Below are positions 9,274-17,575 of a stretch of 38,763 bases of DNA, piece by piece (the first letter of the stretch is position 1; each line of letters starts with the position of its first letter). The DNA is from a virus (Duplodnaviria; Caudoviricetes): positions 1 through 38,763 of IMG/VR virus record IMGVR_UViG_3300005805_000208. One strand, 5' to 3'. The position numbers and the translations under genes are program-made. Under the pieces are notes generated by a model that ran no database searches, was not told the DNA's origin, and saw only the letters and a list, made by a program, of their open reading frames with translations.

Positions 9274-10229
9274 TACAACGACTCCTCGACGGGTGGCACA
9301 AAGGGGAAACCCCTAAAGCGTGTTTTATAGGTTGTTGGGTAATACCTGGAGCATCCATCAGCGTTAATCGTTTTTGAGCATCCAGGCGTTAACGAAATGG
9401 TAGCTCCGACGGTAGGGATATAGGGTAGCGGGGCCGATAGCGTAATCTTCCGGACTGTATTGGAACCAATCACCGTTGAGGTGTTTTCCTGGAGTCGTAT
9501 GGGCCTTTTATATCCGGTATTTGGGCCAGTCGAAAATGAGACATACCCATTATTAAAATAGCCGGTAGAAAGCGGATCGTCGAACGGAATGAGAACACCT
9601 TGTGGAGATGTGTACGAGGCATATAGAATTGTATTTGGGTTTATGGAATCGAGACTGGTAATCGTTGCCGAAAGTGTGTAGTTGGCCAAAACGACACCAC
9701 AAGCTGAATCGCCAAAGGTATTGACGCATCCGGGTTGAAAAACATTTCGAGGCGTAGGGATATTAAGCTTATCGATTTCCGATTTGACCGTAAAGGTAAC
9801 CTGGGATCGTTGCGGATCCGCGGAACATATAATTCCACTGAACATCCAAACATTGAAATTTGATCGAATATCTCCAAAACTGGGCATAAATTGGCGATAA
9901 ACGGAAACCTTGGCGTTATCCCAATATCCATTGGTTGTTACCAAGCCAATCGTATTCTCATCTATTTTATAGTTTGGATCTAGGGGCCATAAATCTAGCG
10001 TCATTTCGTCGACTTCTAAGCCTATTTTAATTTTTGTCCCGGATCGCTTGTAGCCGAAAAGGTTTGAGGAGTAAGTTACACCATTAACCGTAATGTCAAA
10101 ATCCGCATTTGTAAAACGATAGTAAACCCCCGTCAAGTGGGCCGGTTGTATTGTGATGAGATCGGCCACATAAAACTGATTTGTCTGAGCAAGGTAATTA
10201 ATCAATTCTGTGTTGTTGGATTGCTTCAC
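9273..10229 (-). CDS. Tail hub/tip protein, DUF2163 / BR0599 family
   Basis: PGCVNTFGDSAC, PGCSKT...C and terminal FRGFPFVP motifs (conserved Cys set); GTG start; synteny. Confidence 0.88.
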   Translation of the reverse strand: MKQSNNTELINYLAQTNQFYVADLITIQPAHLTGVYYRFTNADFDITVNGVTYSSNLFGYKRSGTKIKIGLEVDEMTLDLWPLDPNYKIDENTIGLVTTNGYWDNAKVSVYRQFMPSFGDIRSNFNVWMFSGIICSADPQRSQVTFTVKSEIDKLNIPTPRNVFQPGCVNTFGDSACGVVLANYTLSATITSLDSINPNTILYASYTSPQGVLIPFDDPLSTGYFNNGYVSFSTGPNTGYKRPIRLQENTSTVIGSNTVRKITLSAPLPYIPTVGATISLTPGCSKTINADGCSRYYPTTYKTRFRGFPFVPPVEESL

Positions 10230-10236
10230 ATTATCC

Positions 10237-10887
10237 TCATTTGACCGTTATTAGTTCAATAGACGCTTCATAATAACCGTTTAGAAATCTTTGGAATTCG
10301 GTTTCATCTGTATTGACTCTGCATCTCCAAAAATAAGTCCCAGTCCAGGTCAATAAATGATTATTGGCGGGAGGATTGGTAAAGGTTACCAACCCATTAT
10401 TTATAGAGTATCCACTGGTTACGACCGAGCCGTTAACCGAAATAATTGGGGTGCTATTCGTATTAAAAATAGGCTCAAATCCATCAGCATTTGATGGAAA
10501 ATACTTCCATAGGGCTTTATTGGTCTCTGCAATATCACTGGTTGGAACCAAAGTCCGTTGAAGCTGAAAAGAAGTTGTCGTTCCGTTTCCAACGCCAAAG
10601 GGCATATCCGTCACCGATTGATCATCGGGGATGGCGAACAGAAAAGAATCTTGTTGCCCCGCCATTCTTTGTAAAAAGCCTATTAAACGCTCGTATTCAT
10701 TGTAAGTTGGCTTTGAGGCCGACCGCAAGACGGAGAAGTTTAGATTCAAAACATAGCGTGGATATGACCAATAGGCCGACCTAACTTCTTTTCCGGATGT
10801 CGCTTCTTGGATCAAAGTTGAATGTATGATTTTACGGCTTATATTGATCTTGAGGCCGATGAGATTAGGGAGAATTAGTTGGCTCAT
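10237..10887 (-). CDS. Distal tail protein, DUF2460 family
   Basis: SGKEVRSAYWSYP, FGVGNGTTTSFQLQR and LTWTGTYFWRCR motifs; directly after the tape measure gene. Confidence 0.88.
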   Translation of the reverse strand: MSQLILPNLIGLKINISRKIIHSTLIQEATSGKEVRSAYWSYPRYVLNLNFSVLRSASKPTYNEYERLIGFLQRMAGQQDSFLFAIPDDQSVTDMPFGVGNGTTTSFQLQRTLVPTSDIAETNKALWKYFPSNADGFEPIFNTNSTPIISVNGSVVTSGYSINNGLVTFTNPPANNHLLTWTGTYFWRCRVNTDETEFQRFLNGYYEASIELITVK

Positions 10888-13751
10888 AAACCCTTTCCGT
10901 TCCTAACTGATTGTGCATAAGCCTTAAAGACCGCCCCATTGTTTTTCATAAGGTAGCTTTCAAAAGATTTGGAATCCATAGCGTGAATGGTTATGTTTTG
11001 AACGGAAGATCCCGCATCGGTCATATTCCTGACCTTTTCGGCCAGGTTGCTAGGAAGGACCATTTCATTTTTGTGTATCATCGCTAGGGTATCGTTAGGG
11101 ACCTGACCCCATCCGCCCTTAGCGGAGAACAGCTTGGATAACCCGAACGCTTCGTAAAGACTAGCCAAAGCAGGGGCTTCGGCAACGGTTAACGGATTAG
11201 CAGAAAAGGAGGCCAAAGCGTTGACATAGGCCACTTTTGATCCCGCTACGATTTGCGAATTGGCAGAAACTTGGCCTCCTAGCGCCGATTCCATAAAATA
11301 CATCAAGACCGCTTGGAGCAATTTATCTACAAATAATGAAATTAATGAGTTTATAGCGTTAGAAAGGATATTGTTTAGGGCATCTGCGAAGGTCATCGTT
11401 CCATTAATTAGCCCCTGAATTGATGATTTGAAGCCGGAAGTGATTGCATCAAAATATTGTCGATAAAGCATCGACTGATATTTAACCGTTTGTAGCGTTA
11501 AAAGTCTTTGTTTAAGAGCGTGATCTTTCTCCAGTTTTAGCAATTCCTCATTAAGTTTTTTTTGGCCTTCAAGAGTCGGTTCTTGTAACTGTTGCTTTAA
11601 CAAAGACGCCAGTTTGATGGCGTATATCTGATCTTGAAATTTCATCTCATTGGCAATTTCTTTGTCTTTAAGCTGAAAGCCCATTTCCGTTTTGGTTTGG
11701 TTCGCAACCGATAGAGCTTCTATCTCTTTTGTTGCTATCTCTTCGTCAAGCTTGGCGCGGTCCATAGCAAATTTTCTGACTTGCTCATCGTATTTTCTTT
11801 CAAGCTCTAGTTTCTTTTCAATCTCCTTTTGCTTGGCGTCAAAAGAGATTTTAGAAGCTAGTTCTATGTTGTTATTTTGGATTTTAATTTGAGCTTGATA
11901 ATCATCGGTCATTCTTTTTTGAGCAATTTCGTTATCCTTGATGAGCTGTTGATTTGTCTGATCGCTGATCTTCCACTTAAGTTGTTGAATTTGTTCTTCA
12001 ATTTTGGTTTTTTCTTTTGGCTCATTTGCCCATATCATTTTTTGCTTTTCATAGAATTCAAGTTCCGCCCTGAGCGAATTATCTCGATAAGCTTGTTCTC
12101 GATCTTGCTTATCTTTTATAAAAGCCTGAGAAACAAGATCACTGGTGGCTTCGGGCTTCTTGTAGGTATTCTTAGATTCTTTGTTTTGCTCCAAGGTAAT
12201 GTCGTAAATCGCCTTCATCTTGTCGTATTCGGCTTGTAAAACCGATAAATTCTTTTTACGGGTCTCAATGGCGATCATTTGATTTGTGGCATTATCCTTG
12301 GCGTAAGCGATATTTTTTTCTAGGAGGGCAATTTGGCTTTTTGCGATCTCAATGTCTAAGGCTTTTTTCTCAACACCAAGCCTAGCGTTTTCCATCTCGG
12401 CCTTGTTAATTCGCTCTAACGCATCAGCAAGATCCAAATTCCCTTGGCTATCTTTTTTTAGATATTCCAGGTATTGCGGATAAGTTTCTATTAATTGTCT
12501 AAGGGCTTCGGCTATCTTGCCTTTAGCTTGTGATTTTTCTTGTTCTGAGGCCGAGGTTGAGTCCAAAATCGATTGATATTGTTGTAGCTGAGGGATGAGT
12601 TCCTTGTTCCTGGAGATTAAATCCATTCGGCTCATAAGATATTCGTTATTTGAGATCCTTGCTTTGTCAACGGCTCTAGCCTCTGCTTCAAACCAATAAA
12701 CAATTCCAGCTAGGGCAACGACACCCGCAACCACTGGATTGATGGAGGCCAATAAGCCATCCATCGTCGCTATTAGACCCTGGACGGCCGTTCCGGTTCT
12801 CGCGATGCTCAAAGACACATTCATCATTAGCAATTCTGCAAAGGCCGACATATAGGTAATCGCGGTTTTTACAGCTCCGCCCAATGTAACTTTTAAGGCG
12901 ATGGCCAATAAGACGACTTGAACCGTCGTTGATGAAAGTATTTCAATAAGTTTGGAGGCGGAATTAACGATCGGGTCAATAATAACGGTTCCGCTTTCCC
13001 GCCAGGCTTGAGCCAGTTTAGTCAACGACGGAATGAGATCTGACCCAACCTTAAATTTAATTGCTTCAAAGATTTGACCGACTTCGTGCATCGCCTCTTT
13101 GTAGGCTCTTACACTTGCCACTTGGCGACTTGATAATTCCATCCCAAGTTCTTTTGCTTCATCTCGGCCTTCGGCGATACGCTCGTTCGTGAGCCTCAGA
13201 ATTGGTTGAAGCTCCTTAGCCGAGCGTCCAAAGGTAAGGACCGACAAGGCATTCCGATCATATCCATCTTTCATACCATTAATGGCCTCGATGGAGTTCA
13301 TCATAATGTCTTGCAGATTTAAGATTTCACCATTGAAACTTCTTGTTCTAACTCCGTTTTGATTTAGAGCCGATTCGTTCTGCCTCAAACTCATTTGAAG
13401 TCTGAAGATTGCCGTATTGGACATATCGGTATCGACGCCGAGTTTATCCATCGCTAGTCGCAACCCTGATGCTTCTTGGGTTGTAACGCCAAGCGTCTTT
13501 GATAGTTTTTGGACGCCTAGCGTGTATTCTTCCGTATAGGCAATCGCATCCTTAAATAAAGCACCCCCCGACAAAATACTTGTAAATGCCAAAAATGGGG
13601 CTTTAAGGTTGTTAATCGTGTTAGCCAATTGATCAAATTGACTGGACATTTGATTGGTAGCATCACGAACAACAGAGGAGGCATTGTTTAAGCCCGATTG
13701 TAACTGGCTTATTCCTACGCCGACTTCTATTTGAACTTTATTCTCTGCCAT
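10884..13751 (-). CDS. Tape measure protein (955 aa)
   Basis: Long helical/coiled-coil protein with hydrophobic segments; FGRSAKELQPIL motif; C-terminal SAKGGW-x-VP...AMIHKNEMVLP motif; follows the tail chaperone. Confidence 0.92.
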   Translation of the reverse strand: MAENKVQIEVGVGISQLQSGLNNASSVVRDATNQMSSQFDQLANTINNLKAPFLAFTSILSGGALFKDAIAYTEEYTLGVQKLSKTLGVTTQEASGLRLAMDKLGVDTDMSNTAIFRLQMSLRQNESALNQNGVRTRSFNGEILNLQDIMMNSIEAINGMKDGYDRNALSVLTFGRSAKELQPILRLTNERIAEGRDEAKELGMELSSRQVASVRAYKEAMHEVGQIFEAIKFKVGSDLIPSLTKLAQAWRESGTVIIDPIVNSASKLIEILSSTTVQVVLLAIALKVTLGGAVKTAITYMSAFAELLMMNVSLSIARTGTAVQGLIATMDGLLASINPVVAGVVALAGIVYWFEAEARAVDKARISNNEYLMSRMDLISRNKELIPQLQQYQSILDSTSASEQEKSQAKGKIAEALRQLIETYPQYLEYLKKDSQGNLDLADALERINKAEMENARLGVEKKALDIEIAKSQIALLEKNIAYAKDNATNQMIAIETRKKNLSVLQAEYDKMKAIYDITLEQNKESKNTYKKPEATSDLVSQAFIKDKQDREQAYRDNSLRAELEFYEKQKMIWANEPKEKTKIEEQIQQLKWKISDQTNQQLIKDNEIAQKRMTDDYQAQIKIQNNNIELASKISFDAKQKEIEKKLELERKYDEQVRKFAMDRAKLDEEIATKEIEALSVANQTKTEMGFQLKDKEIANEMKFQDQIYAIKLASLLKQQLQEPTLEGQKKLNEELLKLEKDHALKQRLLTLQTVKYQSMLYRQYFDAITSGFKSSIQGLINGTMTFADALNNILSNAINSLISLFVDKLLQAVLMYFMESALGGQVSANSQIVAGSKVAYVNALASFSANPLTVAEAPALASLYEAFGLSKLFSAKGGWGQVPNDTLAMIHKNEMVLPSNLAEKVRNMTDAGSSVQNITIHAMDSKSFESYLMKNNGAVFKAYAQSVRNGKGL

Positions 13752-13760
13752 TTTTTTTAC

Positions 13761-14037
13761 CTAATTAAACATACTCGCAATTTGTTTGGCTTCGTCGATG
13801 GTTGCATACTCGCTGGATTCGTCTTTCTTGTTGTTGTTGCTACTTCCAATCCCTAAATAAGCTTTCACCATTATGTGGATGGGTGGGTTTGATGTCCAAT
13901 AATCCATTAACGCTTTGGCTTGAGGGAAATTGAGGTTGTCGACTTCTGAAAATGTCCATCCCGTAGTCGTGATGATAAGCGAGTAAAGATCGTCCCAATT
14001 TATTGGTTCTGACCCTGACTCGCTATCACTTTTTTTT
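13761..14037 (-). CDS. Tail assembly chaperone frameshift extension (gpT-like half of gpGT)
   Basis: The -1 frame after CAA AAA AAA (A8, 14030-14037) reads KSDSESGSEPINWDDLYSLIITTTGWTFSEVDNLNFPQAKALMDYWTSNPPIHIMVKAYLGIG...SMFN to TAG at 13761-13763, filling the gap before the tape measure gene. Confidence 0.85.
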
Positions 14038-14317
14038 GATCTAAACCACTAGCGGACATAATTGCCGGAAACACCATTTGAATATTCCCAAGATCGAGAA
14101 TATCTTCTAGGGCTTCTTGGCTTAAGTCGGGATAATTTCGTCGTATGGCGTGATGAATAACTTCAACCATAACTGAAATTTGCTCGTTGGATGGCAATCC
14201 GTTTAGACTTTGTAGCGAATTAAGTTTGTCGGAAAGTTGTCTGAGAGATTTTAACGATAACGGAGGAACAATAAATTCTTGGTTTCCAAGTTTGATCGAA
14301 ACGCCATCCAATGGCAT
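14000..14317 (-). CDS. Tail assembly chaperone (gpG-like, 105 aa)
   Basis: Lies between tail tube and tape measure; IVPPLSL...AIRRNYPD...LDLGN pattern; slippery A-run near the 3' end. Confidence 0.85.
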   Translation of the reverse strand: MPLDGVSIKLGNQEFIVPPLSLKSLRQLSDKLNSLQSLNGLPSNEQISVMVEVIHHAIRRNYPDLSQEALEDILDLGNIQMVFPAIMSASGLDQKKVIASQGQNQ

Positions 14318-14338
14318 ATTTTTATCCTTTCAAGATAA

Positions 14339-15073
14339 TTAGTCAGCTGTAAAGAAGTCTACGATTTTACCAGTGGCCGAAGCAAAAGCCTCGCCCTCAA
14401 GATCTTGCTCGGTGTAATCGCTTTGCTTTAATCCCATATCAAACTTGTTGAAAGTCACCGCATAGAGGTAGATTCCAAAGTTGTTTGATTTGAATTGATT
14501 AAAGAGTTTTACGCCGAAAGTGGTTCCTGCTCCCATGAGTTGATTACTTAGGGAAGTTGTATATCCAACGGTCGTTGAGGTGTAACTGTATGAGATCTGT
14601 AGTACATCGCCTGAGTTTCCGCTATCGAAGGTATAAGTACCCGTCGTTTCGTTTACTGTGTAAGTGTTTGATCCAACAGAAGATCCTCTTTGCATAAATT
14701 TGGCCTTGGTTACATTGTAAATACCAAGATCAGATTTGAAGGTCGCTCCATTTGAGACGACTTTTGTATATGGAGAAGTTGCTGGAACGGTAGCGGATTC
14801 GTTGGCCACACCAATTTCAGATCCAACGGTAGGGGTCGCACCGGCAAGGACCGAATAGATAGTTCCGCCGTTGATTAATGCGTTTTTGCATTTGATTGAA
14901 ATTTTTCCTTGCCCTCTCGCCGAATCAATTGGAAATTGAAATTGACCGTAAAGGGATTTTTGCTCAAAGCTGGTCGAAACGCTCACATCTTTTAGCACAC
15001 CGACGAGAACGGGGGTGGCATTAGCAGTGGTTGGAGTGATGTATAAATTACCTACGCCAAAATTATAAGCCAT
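14339..15073 (-). CDS. Major tail tube protein (244 aa)
   Basis: FGVGNLY...GVLKDVSV...KSLYGQFQFP...RGQGKI pattern; position between tail terminator and chaperone. Confidence 0.85.
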   Translation of the reverse strand: MAYNFGVGNLYITPTTANATPVLVGVLKDVSVSTSFEQKSLYGQFQFPIDSARGQGKISIKCKNALINGGTIYSVLAGATPTVGSEIGVANESATVPATSPYTKVVSNGATFKSDLGIYNVTKAKFMQRGSSVGSNTYTVNETTGTYTFDSGNSGDVLQISYSYTSTTVGYTTSLSNQLMGAGTTFGVKLFNQFKSNNFGIYLYAVTFNKFDMGLKQSDYTEQDLEGEAFASATGKIVDFFTAD

Positions 15074-15079
15074 AGTATT

Positions 15080-15268
15080 TTATCCTTTCAGAAGTTTTAG
15101 TTTGTTTTTGAGAATTTCCTTTTTTTCTTGGAAATGATTGTAGTGCTGAACGGGGAGGCCTAAATTATGAAAGGTCTCTACAAACCAATCGTCCACAAGC
15201 TTGTCGAGGTCTTTGTGAATGGGTTTGGGTTCGTTTTTAGAAGATTCAATTTTTGGATCTTTTTCCAT
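15080..15268 (-). CDS. Small hypothetical protein (62 aa)
   Basis: AAGGA RBS; packs between tail terminator and tail tube genes. Confidence 0.7.
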   Translation of the reverse strand: MEKDPKIESSKNEPKPIHKDLDKLVDDWFVETFHNLGLPVQHYNHFQEKKEILKNKLKLLKG

Positions 15269-15308
15269 AGTTCAATCCTTTCTTTTATTTTCGCACCGTT
15301 TGGGGGTT

Positions 15309-15773
15309 TTAGGAGGTTACCGAAATAACAAATGGCACAATCGCCACCGATTGCTGACCCAAGGCGCCGGAATCCGTCTCGATTTCACCATCAATCGCAC
15401 AATAATCGCATAAGCCACCTAGATTCGTATTGAAGTCCCTGGTATCGGGGTAATTTGAGTTTGGATTTCGGGTTTCGTTGGGTTGCCGTTCAAATGCTTT
15501 TTCTACCGCCGTCAGAATGTTATTAAGCGCGGTCATCGGAACCATATTCGGATCGTCGTAGCGTACATAAATCAACAAAGATCCCCTGAGCAACCATTGG
15601 TTAGGCATTCCCTTGGATTGGATCGTATTTTCTCGATCTTTTACCATTATGATTGCCGGTTGCGTATCAATGTCATCCCAGGTCTTGAAGATCCTGGACG
15701 CATAAACGACTCCCTCGATTGAGGACACTCGCTCAAACAAAGTAGAAAAAAGGATTTCCCTATCGACGGCCAT
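15309..15773 (-). CDS. Tail terminator / tail completion protein
   Basis: REILFSTLF...SR...WDDI..QPAI...NLGGL...IDGEI...G.LG.Q.VAIVP pattern; synteny. Confidence 0.75.
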   Translation of the reverse strand: MAVDREILFSTLFERVSSIEGVVYASRIFKTWDDIDTQPAIIMVKDRENTIQSKGMPNQWLLRGSLLIYVRYDDPNMVPMTALNNILTAVEKAFERQPNETRNPNSNYPDTRDFNTNLGGLCDYCAIDGEIETDSGALGQQSVAIVPFVISVTS

Positions 15774-16225
15774 TATCCCCCCACGATTCCTAGTATTCTC
15801 TTGCGTATTTGGTCCCTCATTGAGTTCAACGCATCCGCCAAGAAAGGTCTTGATCGAGCGTTGACCCTTCGGGTGTGAGCTTTAACAACGGTCGCCCCAC
15901 TGGAAGTTTTACGAAGATGCTCTCGAATCGATTGTGTTCCCGCGAATCCTTCGTGGTGAAATCGACCATACCAAACATTGGTCCCGACGATCGTTTTGAT
16001 CTCGGAAGAATTTGTCGTTACTTTGTTTTTTATTGATTGTCGAAGCTTTCCCGTCTTTACCCGAAGGTACTGACCGGACAAATAGTTGGCCTTTACATCT
16101 CGCTCCAATTCAAAGCCGATCAATGTTATTTCATCTCTAAGAGCTTTGTGGATTCGATCGGAATGGGCCAATAAATTTACTTTTACATTGTCAAGTCCAA
16201 CGATTTTAACATTTAGATTCATCAT
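15773..16225 (-). CDS. Neck protein, HK97 gp10-like
   Basis: LSGQYLRVKTGKLRQSI, VGTNVWYGRFHHEG and RPFLADAL motifs. Confidence 0.85.
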   Translation of the reverse strand: MMNLNVKIVGLDNVKVNLLAHSDRIHKALRDEITLIGFELERDVKANYLSGQYLRVKTGKLRQSIKNKVTTNSSEIKTIVGTNVWYGRFHHEGFAGTQSIREHLRKTSSGATVVKAHTRRVNARSRPFLADALNSMRDQIRKRILGIVGG

Positions 16226-17340
16226 TGTGAAATGGCCGTCCTAAAAGCTTTGAAAATAGTGTTGTTGTTGACGGGAGAGCAAAGCAGACGAATTGAAGTT
16301 CCTTGTATGTCGGCCGTAAATGACGCTAAAAGGCCATTAGAGGTTACCGTTCCATATTCGGTGATGCTGACACTAGATCCGTTTGAAACGACGCTTATTT
16401 GGGTCATTTGATACATATCGTTGACGGAGACCTGGACGAGATATTGAATGGTTCGATAATAAACGGTCGAAACGGTGTCAAGGATCTGATTAGCTTGAGT
16501 GGTTGAAGCGTGTAATACCGCCATTCCGGTGGCCATATTGGGAAGAATTGGTTGTCCGTAAGTATTGGATTTAGTGGGTTTAGGTACTGTATTTTTATAT
16601 TCCTTGAGGTTAGCAAGGGTTTGAGTTAGAGCTTCTTTGTTTGTAAACATAACGGTCTCGTTGCCGGTTGCCTTTTGCGTTTGACCGATACGATCTTTTT
16701 CTCGATATCGCAAAGAAACTAACTCGATGCACGATTGTTGAACATCGAACGGGATGGGGTCATAACCCGCAGAATATGTCACGACGACACCCGATCTTGA
16801 TTCGTTAAATAGTAGCCCAACCAAAGACACTGAATTATTCTCTTGGATAAATCCAGGTTGACCAGGAAGGGTGCTTTTATTAATTATTTTTCCGTCAATG
16901 ACTAATGAGTAGACATCAACGACTGGTTGATTGTAGAGAGTTATTTTATGTTGGCCATACGAGGTTGATCGTATCTCTTCATAAGCCTCTAGCGAGATAT
17001 TGGAATTACAAAATTGACGGATCCAAGCCGAGGCCTGGGTAATCATCCGCATTAAAAGTTCATCGTCCGTTCCCACAAAACCCGACCCGGTGTAAGCTGG
17101 GGCCGATGTCGTGTTTAACCCGATTGAAAATTTGTTTTGATCGATGACGGTAACTGTATAAAGATTATTATTTAGAATCGTCATCCCGTTAATGCCAGTC
17201 AACCCAACCTTTTTACCGCTGACCAATGCGTGAGCTGGACAAGTCACGACGCAGGGATCGGCTTGGGTAATGCTGGTTATAGGCTTTCCGATCAAGTTCA
17301 GATAATTTTTTACATCCGATAGTGAAACAAGATCGATCAC
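16222..17340 (-). CDS. Head-tail connector (gp6/gp15-like adaptor) with inserted FCCH-like domain and extra C-terminal domain; probable start GTG 17340
   Basis: LVSLSDVKNYL...DDELLMRMITQASAWI..FC, VVVTYSAGYDPIPFDVQQSCIELVSLRY..KDRIG adaptor motifs; GAGGA RBS before GTG 17340. Confidence 0.85.
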   Translation of the reverse strand: MIDLVSLSDVKNYLNLIGKPITSITQADPCVVTCPAHALVSGKKVGLTGINGMTILNNNLYTVTVIDQNKFSIGLNTTSAPAYTGSGFVGTDDELLMRMITQASAWIRQFCNSNISLEAYEEIRSTSYGQHKITLYNQPVVDVYSLVIDGKIINKSTLPGQPGFIQENNSVSLVGLLFNESRSGVVVTYSAGYDPIPFDVQQSCIELVSLRYREKDRIGQTQKATGNETVMFTNKEALTQTLANLKEYKNTVPKPTKSNTYGQPILPNMATGMAVLHASTTQANQILDTVSTVYYRTIQYLVQVSVNDMYQMTQISVVSNGSSVSITEYGTVTSNGLLASFTADIQGTSIRLLCSPVNNNTIFKAFRTAISQ

Positions 17341-17341
17341 T

Positions 17342-17524
17342 TTATTCCTCTTTCTTGGCCTTTTTTCTTGTGGGCGTATATTCAACCACTTCATCAAAAC
17401 CCAAAAATTTTAATCGAGAGGCCTCTTCTTCGGGAACCACAAAGATTCCATCGATAGGTTTGATCTCCTGACCATTGAGCGATAATGATGTTGCGTTAGG
17501 ATTTTTAACTTTTATGTTTTTCAT
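17342..17524 (-). CDS. Small hypothetical protein following the capsid gene (60 aa)
   Basis: Fills the capsid-adaptor gap; DGIFVVPEEEA...GF pattern with basic tail; no clear RBS. Confidence 0.65.
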   Translation of the reverse strand: MKNIKVKNPNATSLSLNGQEIKPIDGIFVVPEEEASRLKFLGFDEVVEYTPTRKKAKKEE

Positions 17525-17567
17525 AAGGAAGGATGGGCGGAATGAACCCGCCCATCTTTGATTCCTT
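17525..17567 (-). terminator. Stem-loop after the major capsid gene (weak terminator or processing site)
   Basis: 9-bp stem GATGGGCGG/CCGCCCATC (17532-17556), extendable by AAGGAA/TTCCTT; followed by CTTCCTT rather than a U-run. Confidence 0.55.
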
Positions 17568-17575
17568 TTTACCGA

